Source: Chiloscyllium plagiosum
Taxonomy: Eukaryota
NCBI RefSeq assembly: GCF_004010195.1
Contig: NC_057754.1
Coordinates: forward strand, 7,126,665-7,166,875
Length of the DNA stretch: 40,211 nucleotides
Direction: 5' to 3'
Below the pieces are notes generated by a model. That model made no database searches. It worked only from the letters and a program-made list of their open reading frames with translations, and was not told the DNA's origin. The position numbers were made by a program, and so were the translations under genes. Positions 20,201 through 33,119 of the stretch are shown here, piece after piece; position 1 is the first letter of the stretch, and each line of letters opens with the position of its first letter.

Positions 20201-20964
20201 CGAGAGCCCTCTGATTCATGATCCTTAACAGGGCAAGTGCTGGAAATTCATTTTGTCATAAGGGGAATACTGGTGTCTCAGTCAATAATGTTGAAAACAC
20301 ATTTAGTTCATAACTCTGAAAAGTAGGTACTTGGGGAGAGGAAAGGTGTAGAAGTGAGGTTTAATGAATACATAGACAAACCTCTCAGGTAAGCTGTCTT
20401 ATAGCTGAGACCTCAGTAGTTGTACACTACAGACTTTGCTGGGAGGTCAGAACTAGTTGATTCCTGATGAAGGACTTATGACCGAACGTCGACTCTCCTG
20501 CTCCTTGGATGCTGCATGACTCGCTGTGCTTTTCCAGCACCGCACTCTCTGACTCTCCAGCACCTGCAGTCCTCACTCTCTCCAGTACTCTGTGTGCCTC
20601 TCTAAGTCCTTCAACTCTCTTAAAGGGACAGTACCCCTTAGACCTTCATAACAGTACTGATCTTTGTTGTAACATGTGGAGTTCCATTGACCCATCGTAC
20701 AAGCTTAGACCAGCCTTCCAGATTACTGTTACACAAAATTTATTGGAAGACTTTTCACTGTAGCTGTTTCTGTAGGGCATCAGCAATTTATGACTGCCTG
20801 CTAAAACAGACCAAACAAGAAAAAAAAAACCTGAACTGGGAGAACTCCCCTGCCATTGCTTTAAAGTAGCCATATCCAGACACATCGGAACCTCTGCCTT
20901 TACAACCCCTCTTGAAAAAAACCAAGGACAACATGACCTCGTTAAAGGGGCAGCATCGTCACGG

Positions 20965-21455
20965 GGTGCAGAAAAATATTTCATTAAATTGGAAAGGGTG
21001 CAGAAAAGGTATTACCAGACTGGAGGGGCTGAGTTATAAGGAGAGGCTGGATAGGCTGAGCATTTTTCCCTGGAGCATTGGCGGCTGAGGGGGTGATCTT
21101 ATAGAGGTTTTATAAAATCACAAGGGACACAGATAAAGTGAATTCCCTAGAGTAGTGGGAATTCAAAACTAAAAGGCATCGGCTTAAGCTGAGAGGGGAA
21201 AGATTTAAGAGGGACTGGAGGGGGCAACCTTATCACAGAGGGTAGTGCGTGTATAGATCGAGCTGCCAGGGGGAGTGGTAGCTGCTGGCGCAGTTATAAC
21301 ATTTAAAAACAATTTGGATTGGTACATGGATAGGAAAGGTTAAGAGGGATATGTGCAAAATGCAGGCAAATGGGACAATGTTAGTTTGGCCAGCATGGAC
21401 TGATCAGACCGAAGGGTCTGTTTCTGTGCTGTGTGACACGACTCTTTGAATCTAT
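20965..21455 (+). mobile_element. CR1 LINE 3' fragment
   Basis: LERVQKR...GLSYKERLDRL pattern, 3'UTR and tail. Confidence 0.85.
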
Positions 21456-21849
21456 GTTGCGTTTGACGTCACCGGTAAGAGCTTTCCTGTAGTTTTGCCT
21501 TTGGTACCTCTTGCCAATTTCTTTGCTTTTTCCCCCCTCATTATGTTTTTTTGCTTACTTACGGTGGATGATCATAAACTATACTTACTCGGGAGGCTGA
21601 ACAGACATGATAGTAAATGCTGATGACATTCGGTGCGTAAGATAAGATATGTTCCCAATGATGGGGGTAGCGGAGACTCGAACTCGACTCTGTGAAGGTG
21701 AAAGACACTCACTGACAAATCCAATGGGAAGTTCAGCAGATGCTTCTCTGTCCAAGGAAGATGAGGAATTCACTCCCACAAAGGTCGTCAGGGTCAATAC
21801 CTTTCAGGATCGATGGAGGCAAACCGAGTGAACATGTGAAGGAGAAACG

Positions 21850-22595
21850 GGGGAAGCGAGGAGGAGGCCATTCGACCCTTAGAGCCTGTTCTGCCATCCA
21901 GTATGGTCGCGGCTGGTCCTCTATCTCGACACCATATTCCTGCTTCCTCTCCCATCCTCCTTAATGCCTCCAGCGTTCTAAAGAAAAAAATGATCAATCT
22001 CTCCCGTGAGTATATTCAGAGACTTGGCCGACTCTGTGAGAGAGAATTCCGCAAGTTCGTCACCATATTGAGTGATGGCGTGTTTCCTCATCTCAGCCTT
22101 ATACGGTCGACCATGTAGCCTAAGACTCTGTCCCCTGGTTCAAAACAAGGAGAAATGTCCTCCTGGCATCCAGCCATGATAGAATTTTATACGTTTTCAA
22201 CATCTTTCCCCCCCCCCCCCCCCCCCCCTCCCTCACCCTACTGGGCTGTAGTGAATTTGGGCCCAGTCGAACCAATTTCTCCTCATGGGGAAGTCCTACC
22301 ATCCCCGATGAAGGGCATTTGCCCAAAAGATCAATTTTCCTGCTCCTCGGATGCTGCCTGTCCTGCTGTGCTTTTCCAGCACCACTCTAATCCTGATACC
22401 TGATATCAGCCTGCTGCACTCCCTTTATAACAGGTATATCTTTCCTGAGGTAAGGAGACCAAACCTGCATACAATACTCCAGATGTGGTCTCAGCAGGAC
22501 CCAAATTAATTGCCGTAAGAAATCCCTCCTTCTGAGTTCCAATCCTCTTACAATGAAGGCCAATAAACCATTTCCCTTCCTCATTGCTTGCCCTG
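21850..22595 (-). mobile_element. Older CR1 LINE fragment
   Basis: GLLAFIVRGLE...LLRPHLEYCMQVWSPYLRKDI, with tail GAATGGCCTCCTCC. Confidence 0.8.
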
Positions 22596-22599
22596 CAGC

Positions 22600-23345
22600 T
22601 CTGATTTGATTGGATTTATTATTGTCACATGTACCTGGGTACAGTGAAACGTTTGTTTTGCACGCAGTACAGGCAGATCATACCACACAAAGACACAAAG
22701 GTCATAGGGGGATAGAACAGAGCGAGGAATACACCATTACGGCTGCAGAGAAAGCGAACAAAGAGCGAGATAACATTAGATTTGAAATTTGAGAGGACCG
22801 TTCAGAAGGGAAAGTGAGGGCTGCAGATGCTGGAGATCAGAGTCAAAAAGGGTGTTGCTGGAAAAGCGCAGCAGGTCAGGCAGCATCCGAGGAGCAGGAG
22901 AATCGACATTTCGGGCATAAACCCTTCATCAGCAGTCTGATAACAGCGAGGAAGATTGAATCTATTGGTCTGTGTCTTTGTGCTTTTGTACCTTCTGCCT
23001 GACGGAAGAGGTTGGAAGAGATTGTAACCTGGGCGGGAGGGGTCTCTGATGATGTCGGCTGCCTTCCCCAGGCAGCGGGAAGTGTAGGTGGAGTCAGTGG
23101 ATGGGAGGTTGGTGATGGACTGGGCCATGTTCACAGCTCCCTGATGGTTCTGGGCAGAGCAGATGCCATACCAAGCCGCGATGCATTCAGACAGAATGCT
23201 TTCTATGGTCCATCTGATGGTGAGGGTCCTTATGGACAGGGCCGAATTTCCTTAGCCTCCTGAGAAAGACGAGGCGCTGTTGTGCCTTCTTGACCATCGC
23301 TTCAACATGGGTGGCCCTGGACAGATTGTTGGTGATTGTCACTGC
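22600..23345 (-). mobile_element. Rex1/Babar-like LINE 3' fragment (second copy)
   Basis: VKKAQQRLVFLRRLRKFG and SRCLGKAADIIRDPSRPGYNLFQPLPSGRRYKS. Confidence 0.8.
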
Positions 23346-24619
23346 CTGTCTCCTGTCGTTGATTAATGTCCAAGAACACCCAGTTTGCTTTGTATGTCCA
23401 CACTCATTGAACAGATAGGCTGTCAATGGGGTTGGGTGATGTATGGCGGAAAGGACTTGTGTGGAGCAAATGGGCAGGCATGTAACCTGTTGGACTGAAT
23501 GGTCTGTTTCTCCACTGTGGATTGCAAAACCACAAAATAGGCCACCTCAGAATGAGGCCGTTTGGCCCATCAAGCCTCTTTCAAAGACAAGTTCAAGTCG
23601 CTCCAGCCCTTCTATCCCTATCCGCGCGACTCTTTCCATTCACGTTTTTGCCCGACTTCTTTCGTTCGTTTGTGGGATGTGGGCGTCACTGACTGGGCCA
23701 ACATTTATCGCCCATCCTTTATTGCCTTTGAACTGTGCGGCCATTTCAGAGTCAACGCTGTGGGGTCGGAGGTCACATGCAGGCCAGACCAAGTAAGGAT
23801 GGCAGATTCCCTTCCCTGAAGGGACATTACTGAACCAGATGGGGTTTTTAATTTACAGTGGTTGTACCGTCATCCTTTGACTAGCTGTTCCTTAATCCCA
23901 AAAAGAGGATTAGCTTCACCAGCTGCCACAGTGGGAGTTGAACCCGTGTTCCGAGAACATTGCCTGGTGACATTTCCACCAACCCCCGGCCTCTCCAAAT
24001 GATCTTTTGAAGACTGTTATTGAGTCTATCTCCATCACAATCACAAGCAGCATAGGTCCAACATTGCTGACATGTTGTGGAAAGCATGTGTCACTCCCTG
24101 GTGTTTGTCCTCCACCTTCAATCGTTGAGCTCTCGATGCTGACTCGATGGGCCAAGTGGCCTTCACTGTACTGTGTGAATTTGTGAAGCTGGGTTTTGGT
24201 CATTCAGCCACTGAAAACATTTTCTCTTCACTCACTCTGTCCATCTTCCACTCCACTGCCCCATCTCCTCCTCGCTGACTCTGGTCGAACGGCAACAACC
24301 TCAACTTCTCCAGTCTCTCCATTATCTCTAATCCCCTCATCTCTACAACCAGTTCCAGTAGGTCCCTCCTGCACCATCGCCAGGCCCTTTCTGAATTTCG
24401 GAGCCATGGGTTAACCCCTTCATTTTTACATGTTATATTGTCACTCAGATTGTTTTAACTCCACTGGGAGGGAGAAATCCTGCCCTCTGTCTGTATGTTT
24501 TATACTCTAGAAATGCTTCTTCATCCACCTTTTTTACCTGCTTGCGACTCACTCCAATCCCTCTCATCTCAATATCAAAAAGCTAACATGTTGTCATCAC
24601 TGTGAGCTGTGCACCTCCT

Positions 24620-25350
24620 AATCATACAGTCATAGAGTCTTAGAGATGTACAGCACGGAAACAGACCCTTCGGCCCGACTCGGCTATGCCAACCAGATAT
24701 CCTAACTTAATAAAGTCATAGAGATGTACAGCATGGAAACGGGCCTTCGGTTCAACTCATCCATGCCGACCAGATATCCTAAATTAATCCAGTCCCACCT
24801 GCCAGCACCCGGCCCATATCCCTCCAAACCCTTCCTGTTCATATACCCATCCAGATGCCTTTTAAGTGTTGTCATTGTACCAGCCTCCACCATTTCCCCT
24901 GGCAGCTCATTCCATACACGCTCCAACCTCTGTGTGAAAAAGTTTCCCCTTAGGTCCCTTTTACATCTTTCCCCTCTCACCCTAAACCTATGCGGCCTAG
25001 TTTTGGATTCCCCTACTCTGGGGAAAAGACCTTGACTATCCACCATATCCATGTCCCTCATGATTTTGTAAATCTCTATAAAGTCACCCCTCAGCCTCCG
25101 ACACTCCAGGGAAAATAGCCACAGTCTATTCAGCTTCTCGCTATAGCTTAAACCTTCCAACCCTGGCAACATTCTTGTAAATCTTTTCTAAACCCTTTAA
25201 ATTTTAACAACATTTTCCTATAGTAGGGAGACTAGCATTGAACGTGGTATTACATACGTGGCCGAACCAATGCCTTGTACATCAGCAACATGACTTCCCA
25301 ACTCCTATACTCCACACACTGACCAATAAAGGTGTGTACTAAAAGCCATC
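24620..25350 (-). mobile_element. CR1 LINE 3' fragment with a second short 3' tail in tandem
   Basis: ORF 24702-25172 MLPGLEGLSYSEKLNRL...RGNFFTQR. Tail sequence occurs twice (24620-24708 and 24715-24785). Confidence 0.9.
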
Positions 25351-25574
25351 TTCGGGGGATCCAAGATGGCGGCGAGCTAGGAGGATCACATTGCAGAGCT
25401 CCGCACCGCAGCACAAGCTGGACAAGCTTCTAACCCACCCAACCCGGACCATCGCAATACCCTGGAACTCTGTCTATCTGTTTGTGTTGTACCCCTGTTT
25501 ATAAGAGGGGCCCGAGAACCCGAAAAGAGCTCCTGGGGGGGGGGGGCTGGGCCAAAAAAACTGTTGAGAATCAC

Positions 25575-25768
25575 TGGTATAGGACATTTGTTCGACTACT
25601 ATTGGAGTATTGCGTGCAACTCTCGCCTCCCTAATGTGGGAATGATGTTGTGAAAAGGTTCAGAAAAGATTTATAAGGATGTTGCTGGGGTTGGAGGGTT
25701 TGAGCTAGGGAGAGGTTGAATAGGCTGGGGCTGCTCTCCCTGGAGTGTCAGAGGTTGAGGGGTGACCT
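25575..25768 (+). mobile_element. CR1 LINE fragment
   Basis: LYRTFVRLLLEYCVQ and MLLGLEGLS patterns. Confidence 0.8.
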
Positions 25769-25770
25769 TT

Positions 25771-25951
25771 GGGCAGCACAGTGGCTCAGTGGTTAGCACT
25801 GCTGCCTCACAACGCTAGGGACACAGGTTTGGTTCCAGCCTCGGGCGACTGTCTGTGTGGAGTTTGCACATTCTCCCCGTGTCTGCGTGGGTTTCCTCCG
25901 GGTGCTCCGGTTTCCCCACACAGTCCAAAGACATGCGAGTTAGGGTGGATT
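25771..25951 (+). mobile_element. HE1-type SINE 5' part (runs into gap)
   Basis: GGGCAGCACAGTGGCTCAGTGGTTAGCACTGCTGCCTCAC head and V-domain. Confidence 0.9.
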
Positions 25952-26451
25952 NNNNNNNNNNNNNNNNNNNNNNNNNNNNNNNNNNNNNNNNNNNNNNNNN
26001 NNNNNNNNNNNNNNNNNNNNNNNNNNNNNNNNNNNNNNNNNNNNNNNNNNNNNNNNNNNNNNNNNNNNNNNNNNNNNNNNNNNNNNNNNNNNNNNNNNNN
26101 NNNNNNNNNNNNNNNNNNNNNNNNNNNNNNNNNNNNNNNNNNNNNNNNNNNNNNNNNNNNNNNNNNNNNNNNNNNNNNNNNNNNNNNNNNNNNNNNNNNN
26201 NNNNNNNNNNNNNNNNNNNNNNNNNNNNNNNNNNNNNNNNNNNNNNNNNNNNNNNNNNNNNNNNNNNNNNNNNNNNNNNNNNNNNNNNNNNNNNNNNNNN
26301 NNNNNNNNNNNNNNNNNNNNNNNNNNNNNNNNNNNNNNNNNNNNNNNNNNNNNNNNNNNNNNNNNNNNNNNNNNNNNNNNNNNNNNNNNNNNNNNNNNNN
26401 NNNNNNNNNNNNNNNNNNNNNNNNNNNNNNNNNNNNNNNNNNNNNNNNNNN
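25952..26451. other. Assembly gap (500 N)
   Basis: Run of N. Confidence 1.
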
Positions 26452-26600
26452 GTGTTATGGATGGAGGGAAAGTCTGGGAAAGCAGTTCATTGGCTCCTGT
26501 TCACAAAGGTTGCTGGGATGATTCTTGGGCTGGTAAAAATGCCCTCACAGTTTTTCTTCTCTGGTTTGCAAAAGCACAGGGTGGCTGGGTTCACTGACTT

Positions 26601-26963
26601 CTGGATGTAAGTTTGCTCACTGAGCTGGAAGGTTTGTTTTCAGATGTTTCGTCACCATACTAGGTAACAACATCAGTGAAGCCTCTGGTCTATCAACAAA
26701 CACATTGATTTAGATCCCAGCTACCTCCCTCTGAGAAAACGAGCAAGAAATGACATCACCAGGACAGGAAATGACATCACCAACCCAAGGAAATCTAAAC
26801 ACATTAATAGCAAGGAGGACATAACAATGGCGCTTCACCAGAAGCTCACTGATGAGTTTCCCTAGTATGGTGACGAAATGTCTGAAAATGAACCTTCTAG
26901 CTCAGCGAGCAAACTTACATCCAGAATCTCAACCTGAGCTACAAATCTTCTCAAAGCTTGCTA
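26601..26963 (+). mobile_element. 5'-truncated Penelope-like element with inverted partial terminal repeat
   Basis: 26601-26688 is the reverse complement of ~26838-26923. 26689-26742 encodes SINKHIDLDPSYLPLRKR (Penelope ORF C-terminus). Hammerhead remnant CTGATGA(26849)...GAAATGTCTGA. Confidence 0.8.
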
Positions 26964-27779
26964 GGTCTCTGACTTATCAATTAAAAGTCACAGCTTACAG
27001 CAACTGCTCTTCAGGTTCAAAGTGGCTGACTGCAGAGGACAGAGAGCGGGTTTCTCAGCTGGAAGGCTTCGCTGTATCCTGTTCACATGCCCAAGCTGTT
27101 TGGCCAACTGAGAACCAATCACGTAATCGTTGGCAGGCAGGAAACCTTTGTTATTGGTGACTGGTCCCAAGTCCGCAAACCAATCTACTCCTTGTTACGA
27201 ACCAAAGCTCCAGCAAACAACTCTTTGGCTCCAGTTTATTTGCAAACTACAGCTCTGTAAACAATGCTTATAATGAGCGTCAGGTAACTTACTTTCAGCA
27301 ATCATTGGTTTGAAAACATTTCAATCAAAAATAAAAAGACAACTTTTACAGGGGCCTGTCATTTGACTTGTTAACGCACCCAGTGGATAGTTGAGGGTCA
27401 AACACAGAATCTTATGCAGGTATCACTTGTCATCTCCCGTCACTCAGCCAATTTCTGAACCCTGGTCAAGAATTTGTCCTCGATTCTATGAGTTTTAAGC
27501 GAGCAGTGTCTAATGAGGAACTTTATCGAATGCCTCCTGGACATTTAGAGGGGAAATAGCTAGAAACTGGGTGTGATGAATCAGCCACAATCCATAGGAT
27601 GGTGGAGCAGACTGAGGGGATGAACAGTCTACTCCAATTTCTTACAATCTTACACGAGCAACAACCCCTGTCTATTATTTTCCCCACCTTCCCCCACCCC
27701 ACCCCACCCTCCCTCACACACACACACAAAAAAAGTCTCCTTTCCTGCAACATCTCTCAATTTTTCCAAAAATAAATCA

Positions 27780-29110
27780 TCAATTTGCACAGGGTTTGGA
27801 TAATGATTCAAGATTGAACACAGCTGAAGAACACTTTGCCAAAGGAATTGAGGGAAACTTGGCGAGATGGATCAGAAACTGGTTTAGTAACAGGACACAA
27901 AGGGTCGTGGTAGCTGGCTGATTGAGTGACTGGAGGCTGCTGTCCAGCGGTGTACCATAAGGACTCGCACTCGAACCCTTATTGAAGGTCTTACGAGGAA
28001 AGGCTGAGGGGCTTGAGGCTGTTTTCGTTAGAGAGAAGAAGGTTGAGAGGTGACTTAATAGAGACATATAAGATAATCAGAGGTTAGACAGGGTGGACAG
28101 GGAGAGACTTTTTCCAAGTATGTGACGGCGAGCACAAGGGGGGATAGCTTTAAATTGAGGGGTGGTAGATATAGGACAGATGACTGAGGTAGTTTCTTTA
28201 CTCAGAGAGGGTATGGAATGCTTTGCCTGCAACGGTAGTAGATTCGCCAACTTTAAGTACATTTAAGTCGCCATTGGACAAGCATATGGACGTACATGGA
28301 ATAGTGTAGGTTAGATGGGCTTCAGATTGGTATGACAGGTCTGCGCAACATTGAGGGCCGAAGAGCCTGTACTGCGCTGTAATGTTCTATGTTATATACA
28401 GAAATAATATAGATGAAAACATGGAGGGCACGTTAAGCAAGTTTGCAAGTGACGCCAAGTGGTTAATAGTGAAAAAGGTGGTTGTAGGTTACAGGAAGAT
28501 ATAGCTGGGTTGGTCAGGTAGACAAACCAGTGGCAGATGGTATTTAACCCTGATAAGTGCGAGGTGATGCACTTTGGAAGAATAAACAAGATGAGGGAAC
28601 ATTTTATTGAATGGCAGGACACTGAGGAACACAGGGATCTTGGGGTAATTATTCACAGATCCCTGAAGTCAGCAGAGCACGTGATTCAGAATAGTTAAGG
28701 CGTATGGGACACTGGCTCTCGTCAGTCGTGGATAGAGTATAAGAGCAGGGAGGTAATGTCGGAGTTATACAGAGGGTTGGTCAGGCCGCAGTCTGTACAG
28801 TTCTGGTCCCCTCACTACAGGACGGAGGTGATCGCACTGGAGGGGGTACAGAGGAGGTTCACCACGATGTTCCCTGGGATGGAGACATTGAGCAACAAGG
28901 AGAGACTATGGATAGGCTTGGATAGTTTTCTTTACAGCATAGAAGATTGAAGCGGGGGACATGATTGAGGTGGATAAGATTATGAGGGGGACGGACAGAT
29001 GAACAGCTGTTCCTCTTGGTTGAGAGGCCAATGATTGGGGGACATACTTTTTAGAGTAAGGGGCAGGAGATTCAGGGGGGATTTGGGGAAGAAAACATTT
29101 TCACTCAGCG
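27780..29110 (+). mobile_element. Nested CR1 LINE fragments (older RT fragment with younger 3' piece ~27995-28395)
   Basis: GIEGNLARWIRNWF, WQMVFNPDKCEVMHFGR, LEGVQRRFTTMFPGME; TAATGTTCTATGTT tail at ~28380. Confidence 0.85.
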
Positions 29111-30388
29111 TCACTATCACAGAATTGTTACGGTGCAGGAGGAGGCTATTCAGCCCATCACACTCATACCAGTTACTAATTTACAAGCAGTGCCCACTGG
29201 ACTAGTGCAATAAAAGCCAGGAGAAGGGTGAGGAGAAAGAGGGGGAGGGGATTATATTAAAATGAAATCGGGGGGGGGGAAGAAATAATGCACTCCACCC
29301 CTGCAGTGCCCACCTCTCTCGACTTTAGTCTCACCAGTCCATGCCGAACATAATCCCGAAATAAACCAGTCCCACCTGCCTGCCCCTGGTCCATAAACAT
29401 TTCCTAATCATGTACTCACACAAATTTATTTTAAACATTGTAATTGTACCTGCTTCCTCAGGATTGCTCCTGCTTTTCAAGACACCTTGGCCTACATACT
29501 GGCTCTCTCAACAACATTCTTTGTCATTGCCCTCAGAACAGCGCACCTTTTGGATAAGATAGACACTGTGGACCTGCAGAAAACCATCTTACCAGGTACC
29601 GCATTGTATCTCCAGATGAGGACAGCTTACCGATTTCTGTTGAAAAGATATTTCAAATTTATCTATTGTGGGCTGATTTACATGTAAACAAGGAGCAGGA
29701 GGAGGCCACTGTAGGGATGACTCATACCGGCTTACAACAAAATGGCCGACAAACAATGAGGTAGCCTGCCTTACTATCAAAGCACAAGATGGCTGAAAGA
29801 AGATAAATGAGACTAACAGTCTGTCCCAGCTTTTAAGTAAAGGAAACTGTGGTACCTTTGAACAAAACTACTCCAAAACCAGTAAATATGGCCTTGGGCA
29901 GCAACCATCCTAGACAGTTATGATAAAAAAACATGCCTACAAGGCAAATAAGCGAATATTCTCAGCTCACCAATGAAAGAATGATTATGCCACCAAATGA
30001 ATAAACACCAGGTGCAAGATGTCGCTTTTTAACTCCCTAAGCAGCTATCAGGATGACAGCTAAAGTTAGGTTTCTTTAAAGTTACTCAAAATATTTTTTA
30101 AAAATAAGTTCTAGTTAAAGATTTTTTTTAGAACCATAGGGGTAGGTTTCAACCTAAAACATAGGAGTGGAAGTAAGGCCATTCAGTCCGTCGAGTCCAC
30201 TCCAACTGTATAAAATATGTACACAAAATCAACACTTAATCAAAGTATTAAAGAAAAAGCATTTAGACCTAGAGGTGAAGCTAACTAGCTTTAGGGAAAT
30301 GACTTCAAAATAGATTGTTCACAGCCCATTGACCACAAAATGCTGAAATAGAAATAGTTGTATAACTTTAACACTTCATAACTAACTT

Positions 30389-30855
30389 TGTAACAGAAAG
30401 CAATATTACAAATCCCACGGCAACTAGTTACAGTTGAATGGAATCCAGTGAGTAATAGAATTGAAGCTATCCTTAAGAAATAAGCCAGCCTGAAGGAGGT
30501 CTGAGGGAGTACAGCCAGTGACTTTGGAATGTGATGCATAGAAAGATCCCAAGGACTTGCAATTAGAGGAAACAACATGAGATCACAGAAACCTGGGGCT
30601 GTCTATAGGAATGCCCATCATTGATTAGGTGTCTTATAAGATTGGGTATAGAAAATGAGGAGGAACATAGTGATCATGTTGTATGTGACTGTTAACAGGA
30701 AGTGTATAAAAATACTGCTGTTTATTGTGAACAGAGCATGTGTCACTAATCTATCTACTGATCTGAGCTAAACCTTGTTGAGGAGGGATTCAGGGAAGAT
30801 CCTTTGGCCCCTGGTTTAACCAGTTTCCACATGAATAAACTTCCAATTGCTTGAG
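30389..30855 (+). mobile_element. Possible solo LTR (ERV or Gypsy type)
   Basis: Starts TGTAAC, TATAAAA at ~30705, AATAAA at ~30834. 3' boundary and TSD not identified. Confidence 0.35.
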
Positions 30856-32295
30856 TTCTGCCTGCCTCCTGAGCTTTTGTCCCACGTCAGGGGAAAACGC
30901 TCCCATATCCACTTGGTCCTTCATGTCTGCTCCCCATTCGATACAGTCACAGTTAAACCGATCGCAATCCGCCTACCCCCTCATACTTGCACCCCCACCC
31001 CCTTTGCTCGTCAGGAATCTCCCTCCCTCTTAAAATAAAGTCAAAGACTCTGCCTTCCCCCACCACTTATTCTGAAGACAGTTTCCAAAGTCCTCAGAGA
31101 GAGGTATTTCTGCTCATCTTCATTTTGAATGGGTGAACCCTGATTTTTTACACAGTGATCGCTCCACTGCTCGGACCCAGTTCTACAACCTTTCTCAAGA
31201 GGAAAGGGTCTCTCCATATCCACCCTAGACAGGCAACGCGGGATCCCACCTTTCAATCAAGTCCCCTCAGCTTTCTGGATGCGAGGTGAGCTCGCCTGCT
31301 GAAGCTTAATAAAATCAACTGGGCGAAAGTGAGGATTGCAGATGCTGGAGGCCAGTTGAAGGGCTTTTGCCCGAAATAATCCTCCTGCTCCTCAGGATGC
31401 TGCCTGACCTGCTGCGCTTTTCCAGCACCACTCTAATCAATGCTTATTATAAACTACAATTCACATCAAAAACAATTTATGAAATCCTTCACTGGATTTA
31501 ATAGAATATGCAGGTTGGAGGACTTTGTGCCATCATGATCACCTTGATAGGTATGATTTGAAACCTCTCCAGCAATGATGTAGAAACATTTGAGTTAAGC
31601 GTTGCCTCAATGTTAAATCCATCTTTTAACATACTTGAGCATTGTAGGAACTTGAAATGGTGCCAATATAGTATTATGTTACAAAACAACTTTCTACCCT
31701 GGGGTCGATGGCGTGCTACCTCTCTGAAGCGCTCCAGTGCTGTTACCTTCACAATAGTGAAATTCAGGGTCTTCATAGAATTCGTTTACTGGGATAACCA
31801 GAGTGTTGAGGAAGGGGCGCATTCGGACTACCAGGATGCAGGCTGCCCTCTGAAGATCCAGCCCATCACACATGTCCAATGGCCTCCAGGAGGGATCAGT
31901 CTCGGGGTCCATGCTGTTTGTGGTTTACATAAATGGTCCAGACTTGAACATAGGTGAGCAAGCCTGCAGATGATAAGGATATTTTTGGGGTGGCAAATAG
32001 TGAGGAGATGGCCTTAGATTATAGGAGGGGGCTCTTTGTGGCATCCTGGTAGTGTCTCTACCTCTAAACCAGGAGGCCTGGAAACAAGAGCTCCCTCTGT
32101 TTTAGAGATGGTAACTTCCATGAACCATTTGATAAGGAAAATGTCTGGAGGCAGGTGGGCTGGTCAGGCGGCCTGATAGAATTTAATTCGGGTACGTGTG
32201 AGGTCACGCACCACCTGGGTGAGACAAAGGAGGGAAAGTGAATACATCGCAAAATGGACCACTCTGGGAAGGCCCGAGGTCCCTCCGCTGGTATA

Positions 32296-32433
32296 TAGAG
32301 GAACCTTGATTAACCAAACTTGGGATTATCCGGACAGGAGCGCAAGGCGCTTGACTAGCGTGTGTTACCCAGCATTCGGTTATCCGAGCAAAATACTCCC
32401 CGCCTGTGTCATTCGGATAAGCGATGCTCCTCT
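32296..32433. mobile_element. Degenerate Tc1/mariner-type MITE related to 35741-35914
   Basis: Left end AGAGGAACCTTGATTA, right end GGATAAGCGATGCTCCTCT, forming imperfect inverted repeats. Confidence 0.55.
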
Positions 32434-32439
32434 CAACGC

Positions 32440-33050
32440 CATGTCCCTTAAAGTATCAGGACAGGTAGGTAAACAAGGCATTTGAGATACCTGCCTTTAT
32501 TAGCAGAGGCATAGAGTTTAAGAGCAGGGAGTGTACAAAACATTGGTGTGCGGCTCTGGATTCCACACTCCAGGAATGGTTTAGCAATGGAGAAGGTGCA
32601 TGGGTTTACCAGAATGCTGCCTTTGCTGGAGAGTTGCAAGAGTTTGTACAGACAGGTTGTTTTCATAGGAGCAGATGAGGCCAGGGTGTGGGGGGAATGA
32701 CTGAGATGTATAAAATTATGAGGAACATAGGTAGGTAAGATGGGAAGAAGCGTTTTCCTTTTGTGGAGGAATCCATGCCCAGGGGCATTGATTTAAAGGT
32801 AAGGGCAGGAGGTTTAGAGCAAATGGGAGGAAAATAATTTTCATTCAGAAGGTGGTGGGGATCTGGAACTCACTGCCTGGAAGCAGAAACCCTCCAAACA
32901 TTGAATAAGTATTGGAGATGTCCTCCTTGTGATACAGGCTACGGGCTAAGTGCTGGAAAATGAGATTAAGAACAGTGAGGTGATTGCTTTTTGACTGGCA
33001 CAGATTCAGCAGGCTGAAGGGTCTTTTTATTTGGTGCTGCATGACACCAA
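32440..33050 (+). mobile_element. Old CR1 LINE 3' fragment
   Basis: AFISRGIEFKSRE pattern and CAGAAGGTGGTGGGGATCTGGAACTC. Confidence 0.75.
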
Positions 33051-33119
33051 AATGGTGATAAAAAAGAGCGGAACCGACAAACTCAGAGAAGGTCATTTGG
33101 CTTCAAGTGACAGCAGAGT

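Noticed and set aside
18166..20583. Two inverted hammerhead-like arms seeming to bracket a 2.4-kb composite transposon
   Set aside because: Gypsy RT sequence continues on both sides of the 18166-18288 arm, so the arms are independent insertions.
21464..21477. Isolated TGACGTCACCGGT matching the promoter-array unit start
   Set aside because: Single occurrence between CR1 fragments with no repeat or CpG-island context; cannot be distinguished from chance.
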